64,000 bases of DNA from the NCBI GenBank assembly GCA_010093815.1, contig ML996565.1. One strand, 5' to 3'. Under the pieces are notes generated by a model, which saw nothing but the letters and a program-made list of their open reading frames with translations, ran no database searches and had not been told where the DNA came from. How positions within the stretch are numbered: the stretch's first letter is position 1; each line of letters starts with the position of its first letter. The DNA comes from Pseudovirgaria hyperparasitica (lineage: Eukaryota). Positions 22,632 through 35,827 of this stretch are shown in pieces. The translations under genes and the position numbers were made by a program.

Positions 22632-24594
22632 AACTGTACAAGATCTGTTGCCTGATCAGTTCTCATGCGATGGCATTGATCTGACGGAGAAGTACTGACC
22701 TGAGAGAAATTGAGAGGGCATGGGAAACCAAAGAACAGGCCGATCAACGGCTGAAACTGATACAGGCAAAGAAACAACAGAGAAGTATTAAGGAAAGTTG
22801 TCAAACGACAAACGTCAGAAAGAAGGAAAGAATTCGCATCCAATGTACAAGCACGGCCGCTGGTAGGCTGTGTGCATAAGTAGTAATACTCTATGTTTGG
22901 GACTCGCCCAGATGTCTGTACCCGTGCTTACCAGAAGCGCCGGCACTCTGTCATGGCTGGTAGCCCTGCATGATGGAAAGCAATAGAGGCGTTTGTTGGC
23001 GCTCATGATGACGGACGAGACAGATTGATGCAGAGATGGATGTTCGCTTGTTGTTGCCGCCAGCATTCATTCGAGAGGGCTGAGCGCGTATGATGGGGGC
23101 TAAGACTGATCGGGACTAGTGCAGCGCTTCCAGCAACCTCAACAGCCTCACAACTCATCATCTCTACTGAGACCAGTTCGCTCAACTCTCCAATCCAGTC
23201 CTGCGTTCTCCAAAATGACATATTTACCATAGCTATACTATCCCAGCGCTAAGCCTCTCACCTGATCAGTGGTGCGGCTCTTGTCCGGCATTGGTCTGAG
23301 GCTTCATGGCGTAGTGCCATGACGAAACGGACGATGAAGCGTCTTGAGAGCACGACTGCCAGAGAAGCGCGTGTACGACGAGTCCAAGACATACATACAT
23401 GGCGGCCACATGCTGGGTGCTGCAATTGTTGCCGAGTCTTTCGGAGGAGTCGTTTCCGGCGCCTGCTGCACTTCGAACCTTCGAACCTTCAAGGCTGCAC
23501 GTTCTGGATGAAGAAAAGTTGGTTGCTTACACTCAACGCTAGTGTACGATCTGGCAATGGTTGAATGGTAGTGGCTCGCTTGAGAGTTTATGCTTACTAC
23601 TGCACGAATGCCGGCTGATGGATCCACCGGATCAGGCAAAGCGAAAGGCTGTGCAAACATGTTTCAGAACAATAGGTAGTATGTATGCAGTAGGTAGCCA
23701 GCTAGTACTGCGAAGTTACAGCTCACGAGTCAAGAGTGGGATGGCATGACCGGGCCGTACCTACTGCTACTCAGCCTCATATTCTACATGGATGCAAGAA
23801 GTTGTATATATGTACTTCGCCTAGGCCACTTCCGGTAAAGTGAAGGCCCGATCACTAGATCTTGCATGTAAATACTCCAGACTATGTTCCCAAAACGGTC
23901 ATTCGATGTACAGATCGAGGCACATACATCGCATCGTCTTGGGATTCAGGCAATCCGGGTCCTGCTAAGCCTATATTGCTTCAAACTGAGTTGGACATTA
24001 GGGCAGTCGGGCTTCAGAACGCCCCACTTCATCAGCAGTTTGTCTCATATTCATGGATGTATTGTCAGTCTCATGCAGCTGGTGGAGATGATATGCGCAC
24101 TACATTTGACGATACTACGTTATATATTAGCCCTGCAAGCATTTCTTGATGTAACCTAAAATCAACATTTGATATAGCTCGTGTTTCGCAGCTCTGTTAA
24201 CAAGCATCCTCCTAGTCTCTGCTACTGCTAATCCCGCTCGCCATTACTTTCCCTTTGTGATAAATCCATCGCACTCTAGTCGCGTCTGTCGCCGATATTA
24301 TCCGCACTCGCACGTATGGTAGTCGTTCCAAGTCACGAACACCGTGATCGTGGGTGGCGCATGTGACGATTGGTGACTGGTTTGCACCGGAAGCCCAGAC
24401 GAATTTAGAGCAAGGTCAGGTCCATGTCGCCATTCTACTAGTATACCATGATGCTTGGTAGGCATGGTACTGAGTGTTGTAGTAATCTTTCAAGGAAGCA
24501 ATGTTGCCTACTGAGAAGCTGAAGATCTTGCAGGGTTGTCCGCTGCCTTTTTATACCCTGAACGATGTAGTTTCACGGGGCGGACAAATCTTGC

Positions 24595-25351
24595 TCAGGG
24601 CGCAAGTAGATCTCGCACTCGATCGATTCTTTTCATAGCCCCTTCAAGTCTGTCTAGTCTCTTTCTCTTGTCATCGTCTCTTTTCTCCAGCATCTCAACC
24701 CGCTCCTCGAGCTTGGCTCTGGCTTTACGCTCTGTAGCCACCATCTCGTTTGCCTGCTGAAAGAGCTGCACCGACAGATCCTCGATCTCGGTATTCATTT
24801 GTGTGAGCTTGCCTTCTGCCTTCTGGCGCAGGTCCTGTTCACGTTGGAGGGCAATTTGGAGGTCCGCCTCTGATCGACTGGACACTGTAGAAAGATGTGC
24901 AATTGAGCGTCGGGAAAGGAGGTTCGAGAAACGTGATTGTAGTTTGGTCTCTACTGGTGGAGTCGTGACGGGTTCGTTCAGTGCTGCTTCCACAGGCGTA
25001 GAGGTGAGATCCGAAGGCGATATGGGGGATTGCGAGGTTTTAAGCCTTTGTAACTGATCTTCATAATCTGCCAACTTGTCCACTATTCGTAAATTGAGGT
25101 CAGCATTGCTTGTAAATGGGACTAGGTCTGAAACGCAGCCAAGGCGACCAGTAACTATCGCAAAAAGGAAGCGTACCCGCAGCGGTGGCCTTTTCCGTGA
25201 GTATTCGGACTTGAGTCTCCAACTCCAGTATTCTTCTCTTAGCTTCTGGCATGGTATCACATCGTGGACATGCATGTCCTCCCGTAGCTTGTGGCGCCAT
25301 CAACGGTGTCGCAGTTCCAGTGCGCATGCGAGGTATCGTCGAAACAGACAT
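24595..25351 (-). CDS. Sec2p-type coiled-coil (Rab GEF domain) protein
   Basis: EIEDLSVQLFQQANEMVATERK matches the Sec2 GEF consensus ELE.L...LF.EAN.MV..ER. An intron at about 25084-25176 joins ...EKATAA to VDKLADYE. The start position is uncertain. Confidence 0.75.
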
Positions 25352-26058
25352 TGCGCGCGGGCGTGTTGCAGCAGCGCTTCACGATTTGGCAGTATATTGG
25401 AAAAATCGGTGAGTAGAAACGCGCGAGCTGGAATGTAGCTTTTGTGAAGACAGTTTCGTGACGAAGGAAAAGGATGTGGGTAGTAGTTGATTTAATATGT
25501 AGTATGTATGTGGCAGCGCAGGTATTAGGTGGCAGAAGCACAAAAGCGACGATAATAGCCTCAGCAAAGAGTCCGATCAGCATGATCTGTCACTTCAGGG
25601 TTCTAGTGGGGGGGCTGGGGCTCCGGGGGGGCTCCACCATCGCTAAAGATGGCTGCCCTGTCTCACTATTATGCCTCTTTTGCTGGGCTGATCGCGCGTA
25701 TCATGCGTGCCAAACATGCGAGTCATGCAAAAGCCGTTGGACGAACCCGCCGATCTGCAAATGGATCTGCAAATCTATTTATTATCATTACTTTTTGCCG
25801 TCGTCAGAGTTCAGACAACATAATGCCTTCACACTGCTGCTGGCTAGCTCTTTGTATCGATTCGACCACCAATTGTGAAGTTTTGTATCTTCATGGCTGT
25901 CCCAGCCCCTTAACACCGTGTGAAACTCGGCCATCCAGGAGCGCTCCAAAATTGCACGCCTCTTACGAACTTGGCCAAGGAGAATTATTATGCTATTTGA
26001 TGCGATTGTGCACGCACACGCGGCTGAACATATCTAATTTTGCTTCATATTTCCGACC

Positions 26059-26851
26059 TCATATCTCTGCACGGAGCACGCCCTCCAGCCATGCAGCACC
26101 AGCTTGTACACCGTCAACAATTCTTATGTGTCGACCACCTACTTCTCCCAAGGCTTCAACACACGCTTCTCTTACCATTTCATTCATGCCTGCCATGCCT
26201 GCACATCCTAAACAGATAGCTCCAACCGACCCTTTCTGTAGCAATCGGTGGACTGCGTCCTTCATGCGCTTCCGGACCACTTCTGCAGGCGCATCATGGA
26301 GATCGCTTGCATTGAGACCCGTAGTCTCAACTCCGGCGAACCTCTTGCTGTCTGTGCTATGCGTGCCCAAGAACTCGGCCACTGCCTCCGTCAAGATATC
26401 CTCCCAAGCCTTTCCCGTACTAACTATGCCAAACTTCTCAGAAGGGGCGATGATCTGTAGAGCTAGACCCACACTGGCCTCAAATATGCCCGTAACAGGC
26501 TGTGATGTGTCACTTGCGGCAATGTGCTTCTTAAGAATATGAACCAGAGGGTGTTGCGAGTAGCACGCGACAAGGAAGGAATCGTATCGATCGAGAAGAG
26601 GGATCAAGGCAGGCTCGCAATGCTTCGCACTCTCAGCAGCATCATCTTCGTTGTTGATACTTTTCGGACCTGAAGGTGCTGTGAAATATCCGTAATGTGT
26701 CTACGCCTTACATATTAGCCATGTTGACAGGAGCCCTCTGGGATGCCATATGAACATCTTCGAACTGTAGCTGCTTCACGAGCGGCACAAGGGCCGTTGT
26801 CATGGACTCTGTCGTGTTCGGATTGATGATCAGGATGGACCGTTTCGTCAT
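26059..26851 (-). CDS. DCG1: Asp/Glu/hydantoin racemase family protein (DCG1-like)
   Basis: ILIINPNTT.SMT, APSGPKSINN, FLVACYSQHPLV, TGIFEAS, ICLGCAGMAG and IVDGV motifs. One intron near 26700-26752. Confidence 0.88.
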
Positions 26852-27152
26852 TGTGGCAGTATTAATCCCAGACAGAGTTTGGGTGTTCTTGAGTAGAGAG
26901 TACCCAAGATTGGGCTGGTGGGGTAGGTACATCTATCTCATCCATCCATGCAGGTACACGCTAAAAACCCTCGAGTTTTTGCCAGCATGTGACGTCGCCT
27001 ATTGCAAGTTTGCTGTCCCAGAAACTTATAATCAATACCAGGCAAATCTTACATAGAAATTTCGCTTGCTCATGGAATATAGAACGAATTTGCATGGAAA
27101 TCTATGTTGCACGAGCATTCTGCGCTGTATACTTGACCGAAGACCTTCTGGT

Positions 27153-27169
27153 TGAGTCAGAGTGATTCA
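27153..27169. promoter_or_regulatory. Candidate Gcn4/CpcA (AP-1-like) sites in the DCG1/EFL1 divergent promoter
   Basis: TGAGTCA at 27153-27159 and TGATTCA at 27163-27169, about 100 bp upstream of the EFL1 ATG. Confidence 0.35.
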
Positions 27170-27271
27170 GACTGAGCACAGCTGCGCGCCACACGCTTCC
27201 GAAAGACTATAAAACACGACGACGTATCATAATATCGGTCCCGACTGTGATACTGATATACGCCAGCCACA

Positions 27272-30200
27272 ATGCCGGTCGTCAATCCTGAAAAATTGGT
27301 TCATCTGCAGCAGGCAGCAAAGGGAATACGAAATGTTTGTAAACCACCTTTCCATAATTTGATATACATGTGTTGACCTAAAGGTTAGATATGCATTCTC
27401 GCCCATGTGGTTAGTATCATTGATGGCGTTGCGATCCAGAACTCTCCTGACCAATCTAGGACCATGGTAAAACCTCACTCACGGATGCGTTGATCGCCAC
27501 CAATGGTATCATATCTCCAAAATTGGCAGGGAAGATCCGATATCTCGACTCTCGACCGGATGAGCAGCTTCGTGGCATCACCATGGAGTCATCAGCGATC
27601 TCCTTGTACTTTGCCCTACTACGCCGTTCCAGTCCTGATGCAGCACCGGAACAAAAAGAGTTCTTGATCAACCTCATAGATTCTCCTGGTCACATTGATT
27701 TTAGCAGTGAAGTTTCTACTGCATCGCGGTTATGTGATGGCGCTGTTGTCCTTGTGGACGCTGTGGAGGGAGTATGCAGTCAAACAGTTACCGTTCTGAG
27801 GCATTGTTGGGTCGAAAAACTCAAGCCTATCCTCGTCATCAATAAGATGGACCGTCTCATCACGGAGTTGAAAATGAGCCCTGGAGAAGCTTATACTCAC
27901 CTGAGTCAACTACTTGAGCAAGTAAATGCCGTCATGGGTAGTTTCTTCCAGGGGGAGCGCATGGAATACGATCTACAATGGCGAAATCGTGTCGAAGAGC
28001 GGGTAACACTTGCTGCTTCTGCACGAGCGCAAGAAAGGGCGGAGAATGTTGCGTCTGCTGCAAATGATACTTCGTCAGAAACAACTACAAACGAGTACGA
28101 AGAAAAGGATGACGAGGATATCTATTTTGCCCCGGAAAACAACAACGTCATCTTCAGCAGTGCAGTAGACGGTTGGGCTTTCACTGTGAAACAGTTCTCT
28201 GCGATCTACGAGAAAAAGCTTGGGATGAAACGTGCCAATCTGGAAAAGGTCCTCTGGGGTGACTTCTATCTAGAGCCGAAGACGAGGCGTGTGCTTGCGC
28301 CAAAGCATCTCAAGGGACGTAATCTCAAACCTATGTTCGTACAGCTTGTACTGGATAACATATGGGCGGTGTATGAGGCGACAACAGGTGGAGACAAGGG
28401 CAAAGGGTGAGTTGATCTGGACTTGTCCCCTTCAAATGCGAGCTGACCTGCCGTAGGGATCCAGCAACTGTGGAAAAAATAACAAAGTCTCTCGGCATAT
28501 CCGTACCGCCTCATATTCTTCGGTCCAGAGATCCACGTGCGCTATTGACTACTGTATTCGCATCCTGGCTGCCACTTTCCACAGCCGTACTGGTGTCTGT
28601 GATCGAGTACCTACCACCACCTGATGATGCGCAACATACCCGACTTCCAGCTATTATTGACGCTTCTCCCGGTGCAGATCATGTTGACCAGAAGGTTCGC
28701 ACTGCGATGACAGAGTTCAAGAAGGAGAAAGGAGACCCGGTAGTCGCTTATGTCAGTAAGATGGTTGCGATACGGCAAAGTGAACTGCCAGAGAACAAGA
28801 GGAGAGGTGGTGCCCTCACGGCTGAAGAAGCAAGAGAACTTGGCCGTAAGAAACGCGCAGAAATTGCGAAAGCTCAAGCTTCAGCAAATGGCACCAGCAC
28901 TGATCTCGGAAACATGACTACTACACTCGATTCGATGACCATGCGAGAAGACGGGGGAGAACAGGAGGAGACAGACCCTCCGGAAGAAGACGAAGACCCC
29001 GAGCACTTGATTGGATTTGCTAGGTTGTATTCTGGCTCTCTCACAGTTGGCGACGAAGTCTTCGTACTACCACCCAAGTTCACACCTCAACATCCCCACC
29101 AGCGACCTGAACCCCAAAAGGTCACCATCACAGCCTTGTATCTCTTGATGGGACGCGGCCTGGAACCACTGAAGTCAGTACCGGCAGGCGTCGTATTTGG
29201 AGTAGCTGGACTAGCAGGACACATCCTCAAGTCTGGAACACTTTGCAGCCAGCTAGAAGGCTCGGTCAATCTCGCAGGTGTCAACATGGGTAGTAAGCCG
29301 ATCGTCAGAGTAGCTTTGGAGCCTGAGAATCCCAGTGATTTGGACAAGATGATCAACGGACTCCGCATGCTGGAACAGAGCGATCCCTGTGCCGAATACG
29401 AAGTTTTGGAAAGCGGTGAGCACGTCATTCTTACTGCTGGTGAGCTCCACCTGGAGCGATGTATCAAGGATCTCAGAGAACGTTTCGCAAAATGCGAGAT
29501 CCAAGCTGGCGAGCCTATCGTGCCCTACCGCGAAAGTATAGTCAGCGCAGCGGAGATGAACCCATCAAAGGACAAAGATCTTCCTCGCGGGACGGTCGTC
29601 GGCCTGACAAACTCCAAACAAGTGTCAATACGACTTCGTGTGCGACCTTTGCCGGCATCCGTTACTGAATTCCTGAGTAGAAATGCACGCCCGATTCGGA
29701 ACCTATACTCGAATCGGCGCAGCGAGGACCACAACTCGGAGAGCACGACAACATCTAGAGCCACTTCTCCAAATCGTGAAGAAGCCAGAGATGCAGCAGA
29801 TGATATCTTGGATTCGGGCGCGGACCTGGCACTAGAGGAATTCAAGGAACAACTATTGGCTGCGTTTGCTGAGGCAAAAGGAGAGCGTGAAGTATGGAAA
29901 GGGGTCATCGATCGCATTGCTGCGTTTGGACCACGGCGTGTGGGACCAAATCTGCTTATAGACTCAACAAAGGATGGTATATTAAGTAGAGCGTAAGTTT
30001 CTGTTCGCAGTCTGCTCAGCATATGTACTAATTATCAATGCAGCCTCGAGACATCCGACGAGCATGCTGCAGACGATGAAGGGGGTAAAAGAGTGGCTAC
30101 GAGTTTGGTTCCCGGAGACTTCCAAGACAAAATTACATATGCCTTCCAGCTTGCTACAGCGCAGGGGCCTCTCTGCAACGAGCCAGTGCAAGGAGTCGCT

Positions 30201-30817
30201 GTCTTCTTAGAAGAAGTTGGCTTGCATCTACCAGACGAGGAAGAATCTTCGTCTCGAGACAAGCTTGGCCGACTTACCGGCGAAGTCATAAGGACTGTGC
30301 GAGAATCGATTCGTCAAGGATTCCTGGACTGGAGTCCACGTATGCTTTTGGCGATGTACAGCTGTGAGATTCAAGCATCAAGTGAGCATCACCATGGAAT
30401 GTTTCGATTCATCAAAGACTAATTGTATTCATAGCCGAGGTCCTTGGCCGAGTCTATGCTGTAATAACACGACGTAGAGGCCGGATTGTGTCTGAAGAGA
30501 TGAAAGAAGGCACGCCATTCTTCTCGATCGTTTCGTTGCTGCCAGTTGCAGAGTCGTTTGGATTCAGCGAAGAGATTCGGAAGCGCACATCGGGAGCTGC
30601 GTCTCCTCAACTAATCTTCCATGGATTTGAGATGCTGGACGAAGACCCATTCTGGGTGCCTTTTACAGAAGACGACTTGGAGGATCTTGGCGAGCTAGCG
30701 GATAAGGAAAACGTGGCTAAGCGGTACATGGACAGGGTGCGCAAGCGCAAGGGTCTTTTCATTCAGGGGCAGAAGCTGGTAGAGAATGCAGAGAAGCAGA
30801 AGACACTCAAAAGGTGA
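27272..30817 (+). CDS. RIA1: Elongation factor-like GTPase 1 (ribosome assembly protein Ria1/Efl1)
   Basis: [76 protein letters not shown] and C-terminal AEKQKTLKR*. Confidence 0.96.
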
Positions 30818-31343
30818 GGAGGGCATGATGAGCAGGATGCGGCGCATACGTGTCTTGACGAGAATGTTGGGTTTCAGATGGCTATATAGAGGATGCGATC
30901 CGACATGGGGCAGTGAGGCAGTGAATGGGAAGGGAGGAGTAGGACTTGGCACTAGAGTGAATGAATGAATGAATGCCATGTTGATGTCAACAACACTGTG
31001 TTATACTTACAATACAGTAGCATGTCTGCAGGACCGGAGAAATATGCTCATTAGAAGCGCGGCAATATAGAAAGGACACTTGTGGTAGTGATTGTGCAGT
31101 CTGCGCCCAAAGCCCCCTCTTAAGCAGCAACTCTAAAGTGTCAAAAACCCCCTTTAAAGTGTAGATCGGCAGTGAAACGCGCTAAGCTGGACGAAGCACG
31201 GGACCTGCTTGTGACTTGCGACTGTCCCCCCCCCGGACGTCCCCCAGATGTCCGAAAATAAACTCCTGTTCAGCTCCAGCCTCCTGTTATTATTTTTTTT
31301 GGTCGCTGAGCAGTGAGAGCGCTGCAGCATCACGCAGCACGTC

Positions 31344-31375
<32 letters not shown>

Positions 31376-31682
31376 CGGCGACAGTGAATCTTCCTGAAAC
31401 GCTGTCTGCGCCTCGACTCGAATTCTCTAGCGTGTCTTCCTGGCAGCTGCGACCGCCTCAGGCAGCGCGAATCTCTCCTCTTATCGCGCCCCAACTCGTT
31501 TCAGACCGTATTTCGACTCTCATCACTCCTTGCATAGCATTGTCGCTTCACTATTCGATTCTTTCTCTCGTCGCTGGTTCCTTTCTTTCACTTCTCGGGG
31601 GGGCTCTGCCTTTCTTGAGCCTCTGGCCGACAATTTTCACTTTCTTTACCCGAATTCTCATTGACACATGAACCTTTGAAAG

Positions 31683-34600
31683 ATGACACGACCTCAAATA
31701 ATACGAGCTGGTAAGACATACAACTACACATCTGCCTACCTGTTGTATAGGACACTGATTGGGACGTCACAGACACACTTGATCTGCAAGACCAGCACTC
31801 ACCCTCTGCGCAAGATCACAGTCGACAGCCTACCCAACCTGCACCGCTCGGCATTGGTCCTGCCGCACCACACCAGCAATCAGCTATCAGACAAGTCGAG
31901 CAAGAGCGTGCGGATGAAGAGCATTGGGATCACAACCGCCATACACTGCGGGATGAACCTGGGTCGGACGACGAGAGCACAGTAGTCCAGAATGGGCAGG
32001 ACCAACGACAGGACGAGCTTGCTGTGCGACAAAATGGCGGCATATCTGGCTCGCAGGACGATGCGGACATGGATGACGCAGACGTAGACGATGGTCTTGA
32101 TGATGACATGATGGACAAGATCTCGAGTTCACCTTCAATCGACGATGGTGGGTATAATTTCTCTTCAGCTTCGCCGAGCCGGAACGCATATTCGACCCCT
32201 CCACGCCAGACAAGGACCTCTAGCTTGCAAAACATGTCTTCACCGGGTGAAGGCGATTCCTCTCCTTTTCTGTCTACTCCGCTCCATCTTCCTCTAGGCA
32301 TCGCCCGACGGTCTAGAAATTCTTCGTCGGAAGAACTACGTTCTTCTGCTTCTTCTATGTATACCTCTTCTCCTAAACATCTTCCTCTTTCTTTTAATCG
32401 ACAGCTGGCGGAGTCCCGTCGCTGTGGTGAGTATCATGGGACCCTATCGTCCAACCTGGAGCTGGATCCGCAATTTCAGGCGCTCAGACTAGCCGAGGAC
32501 GCTGAATCCGAGGACGAGAGCCGGGACATACTGACACCACTTGCCGGAGACCGTCTCGTGAGCGCCATCAACAAGCGTCTAGAGAACAGAGAGCAAGATT
32601 CTGTATCAGACATACGTGAAGACGATTTGCGCGATCTTCTTCTACCAATTGACGATTCTCTGCTAGATAATAGTTTCGACGATGAAGTTCTTCTTAGCCC
32701 TCGTCCTTTACCGGAATTGCCCAAATCCACCTTGCCCGGCTCAACTGGCACACCTAATTCACCTACCTCACCCACGGGTAGCTCTGACGGATGGGACACC
32801 GACAGCGATGACTCTGCCACATGGACCGACGATGAGGACGTCATGAAAGTTTCCTTTTCTACGGATCCGCGCTTTGTCGATAGCGGCTGGGGAGGCGAAT
32901 GCTTACGAGACTCAGAGGATATCGATTTCGAATTCGTTTACGCCCTACATACATTCGTAGCGACCGTCGAAGGACAAGCGAACGCCACGAAGGGTGATAC
33001 CATGGTATTACTTGACGACAGTAATAGCTACTGGTGGCTTGTGCGAATTGTCAAAGACAGCACGATAGGTCAGTACATGACAAGATATCCTGAAGGCGTA
33101 GCGACTAACACACGGCGAAGGCTATCTACCGGCAGAGCATATCGAAACACCTACGGAACGCCTAGCAAGGTTGAATAAGCACAGAAACATTGATGTGATT
33201 ACCCAGTTTGGCAGGGGCCTAATCTGCAAAAAGACACATTGCTGACGTTGCATAGCTATCCGCTACAATGCTTGGTGACAACGCCGAGAGGTCGAAAAAT
33301 CCGCTGAAGAAAGCTATCCGACGCCGGAATGCAAAGAACGTTACGTTTGGGGGTCCCACATACGTCGAAGCTTCCGATTATGACTACTCCTCTGACGAAG
33401 AAGACGATGAAGATGTTGAAAAGGCCTTGATGGCTGCCGCTGAGCAGCAGCAACAACAAGAGGCTCAGAAGATGGAGACGGACGAGCGTTCCGGCGACGA
33501 TGCAATACTGGCTGTAGAGCCACTGAAAGTGAATGGAACAAAGAAAGATTCCAAGTCTGACGGCCAAGAAAATAATGAGACCCAAGACAAGGCAAGAGCA
33601 GGTACGAACGAGAGTAGAACAAGCGATGAGTCCTATGACAGACCTCGTAATGAAGTCTCTCCCCCAGGTAGCGCCTTGATTGCTGACATCAATACAGTCG
33701 GTCCAAAGATCTCGAAAAATGGTACAATGCGCAATACAGATTCCTTTTTCAAGGACGACAATACCGAGACCCGCAAGATCACCATTACTCCGAACATACT
33801 GAGGGACGATTCGAGCGGTCGCTCATCCGATTCGCATGAGCGCGGTCCTAGCTTGGATAGCTTTTTGGAGAAGAGTAGCTCTGCCGAAAAAACCAAAGAC
33901 GACAAAAAGAAGAAAGAGAAGAAGCCCGGTATGCTCAGTGGACTGTTCAAGCGCAAAGATAAAAAGAAGGGATCGACCGACGACTATGGGGAAGAGAAGG
34001 TATCAGAGGAGCTTTCGAGAGGTTCCATGGAGACCAAGGAGAGTATGGACTCGACCACAGAAAAGTCTGAGATTGATTCAATGGAGAAGCCACAACGTCA
34101 AAGCAGCAGAGGCAAAATCCAGAAGCAATCTAAGAGTGTGCGCGAGACATCTCCAAAGAAGGTCATCAGTTCAATTCGCACCGACAGTCCTGAAGACGTT
34201 CGCCAACGGTCGGACCTATCTAGCAACCCTAAACCCATACAAAACGGGACCTCCACAATGCGCAAGGTCGATTCAGAAAATGGCGTTCAGACCAGCAGCA
34301 AGAGTTCCCCGACGGAGAGTTCTCTCAAGAAAGAGACCAAAGCAGAAGCTCGAGCCGAAACGACGACATCTCAGTCTCGTTCATTGAAATCAAGGAATCC
34401 ATTCGCGGATCCAGACAACAGTAGAATGCAGATAGACACGAAGACTGTTGTCGACCATCTACTGGAATCACCAGTGCAAGTATCTCCGGTGGATACCACG
34501 GAGCCACCAGCGCTTGTTCTAGACAACTCCAGCCAAGAGGAGCCTGTGTCGCCTTCATCCAGCCCTTCCATCATCGATATGCCAATCGAAGCCCCTCCTG

Positions 34601-34950
34601 CACCACAAGCTTCAACACATCAACCCGCATCCCAACCGCCATCCCGCCCAGCACCAGCCCCAGCTGCGAAAGATTCTGCCGCCTCACCGTCGCCTCCGCC
34701 CGGGCCGGCCTGGTCCGATGCCCACCTAAGAACGTACATGGACGATTCGACAGACGTCCGAGATTTGCTTCTGGTCGTCCACGATAAGAGTGGCGTCGTA
34801 CCCGTCGGCTCCGACCACCCCATCATGGCCGGCCTGTTTGCCAAAGAAACGAAGCGAATCAAGGAACTTGACTCGTCGCTCGATACTCTACTCGGAGACT
34901 GGCTGAACAAGAAAAGAAGTCGCTCAGTGGCGTCAACTTCTAGCAGATAA
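31683..34950 (+). CDS. tea4: SH3-domain cell-polarity protein, TeaC/Tea4/Bud14 family
   Basis: N-terminal MTRPQIIRA|DTLDLQD; SH3 domain EDIDFEFVYALHTFVATVEGQANATKGD...YWWLVRIVKD..IGYLPAEHIETPTERLARLNKHRN; PP1-docking RVxF-like motif KNVTF; C-terminal WSDAHLRTY. Confidence 0.88.
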
Positions 34951-35827
34951 CCACCTCGATGCCCACCAAGTATATGTATATATACCTTTGATCCCACGTG
35001 GCGTTTTGACTGATTCTTACTTTCTTTCAGCAGCCCGTTAGAAGCTGCTTGTTCTTTTTTTTTTAATGCCCGCCCACCAACCGAACCGACTGAGATATCC
35101 TTCCTTGTTTTGCGAAGCGCGGGGCGTAGTAGTGATTGATGATGGATGGGCTTGCTTTTGTGGTATGCTCTGCCAAATTGCGCGAGCCCTTTTAGTTCTT
35201 TTGAAACTTTTTTATTTTATCTCGGCGTGGTCAGATCTTGTTCATCTTGACTGCTTGCTGGTTTCATCGCGGACGATGAGTGAGGGTCCAGCGGATCCGC
35301 ATTGACGCTGCTGTAACAATTGGGTGTGAGATGGGCGATGGGCGATGGGGTGGATGAGATTGATGAAATGGGGATGGTGATGGGATGAGGAGGGAATGCG
35401 GATGCTTTGAATGTATATATCTGATGGCTGATGGGACGAGCGGGACGAGCAGGACGAATGAGAGATGTGAAGATATGAACGTGTGTATGTGTGTGTATGT
35501 TTCCGATGACAGACATGTTCCTATCACCCACAGTGTTTCCACCTAGCAATACAACATGTCATAGTATTACAACCCTAACCACATCTACGATATTACAGTC
35601 CAAGCCCAAGCCCAACACAACCCAGCACAACACAACACAACAAACCACACCCCCCCTCAAACCGCAACCCAAAAAACCCACATCCCCAATCCCATCCAAA
35701 CCCCGTTCCTCCCCTCCTCCCACCCCTAAACCCCAACCCTCCAAAGTCAAGCAAACCACCCATTCCTCTCCTCTCTACCCTGCCCAACACCCGCCAAGCC
35801 CAGGGAAACATCCCCCAACCCCAAAAC

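Noticed and set aside
25649..26542. 297-aa plus-strand ORF
   Set aside because: Largely antisense to the well-supported DCG1-like gene; no domain features.
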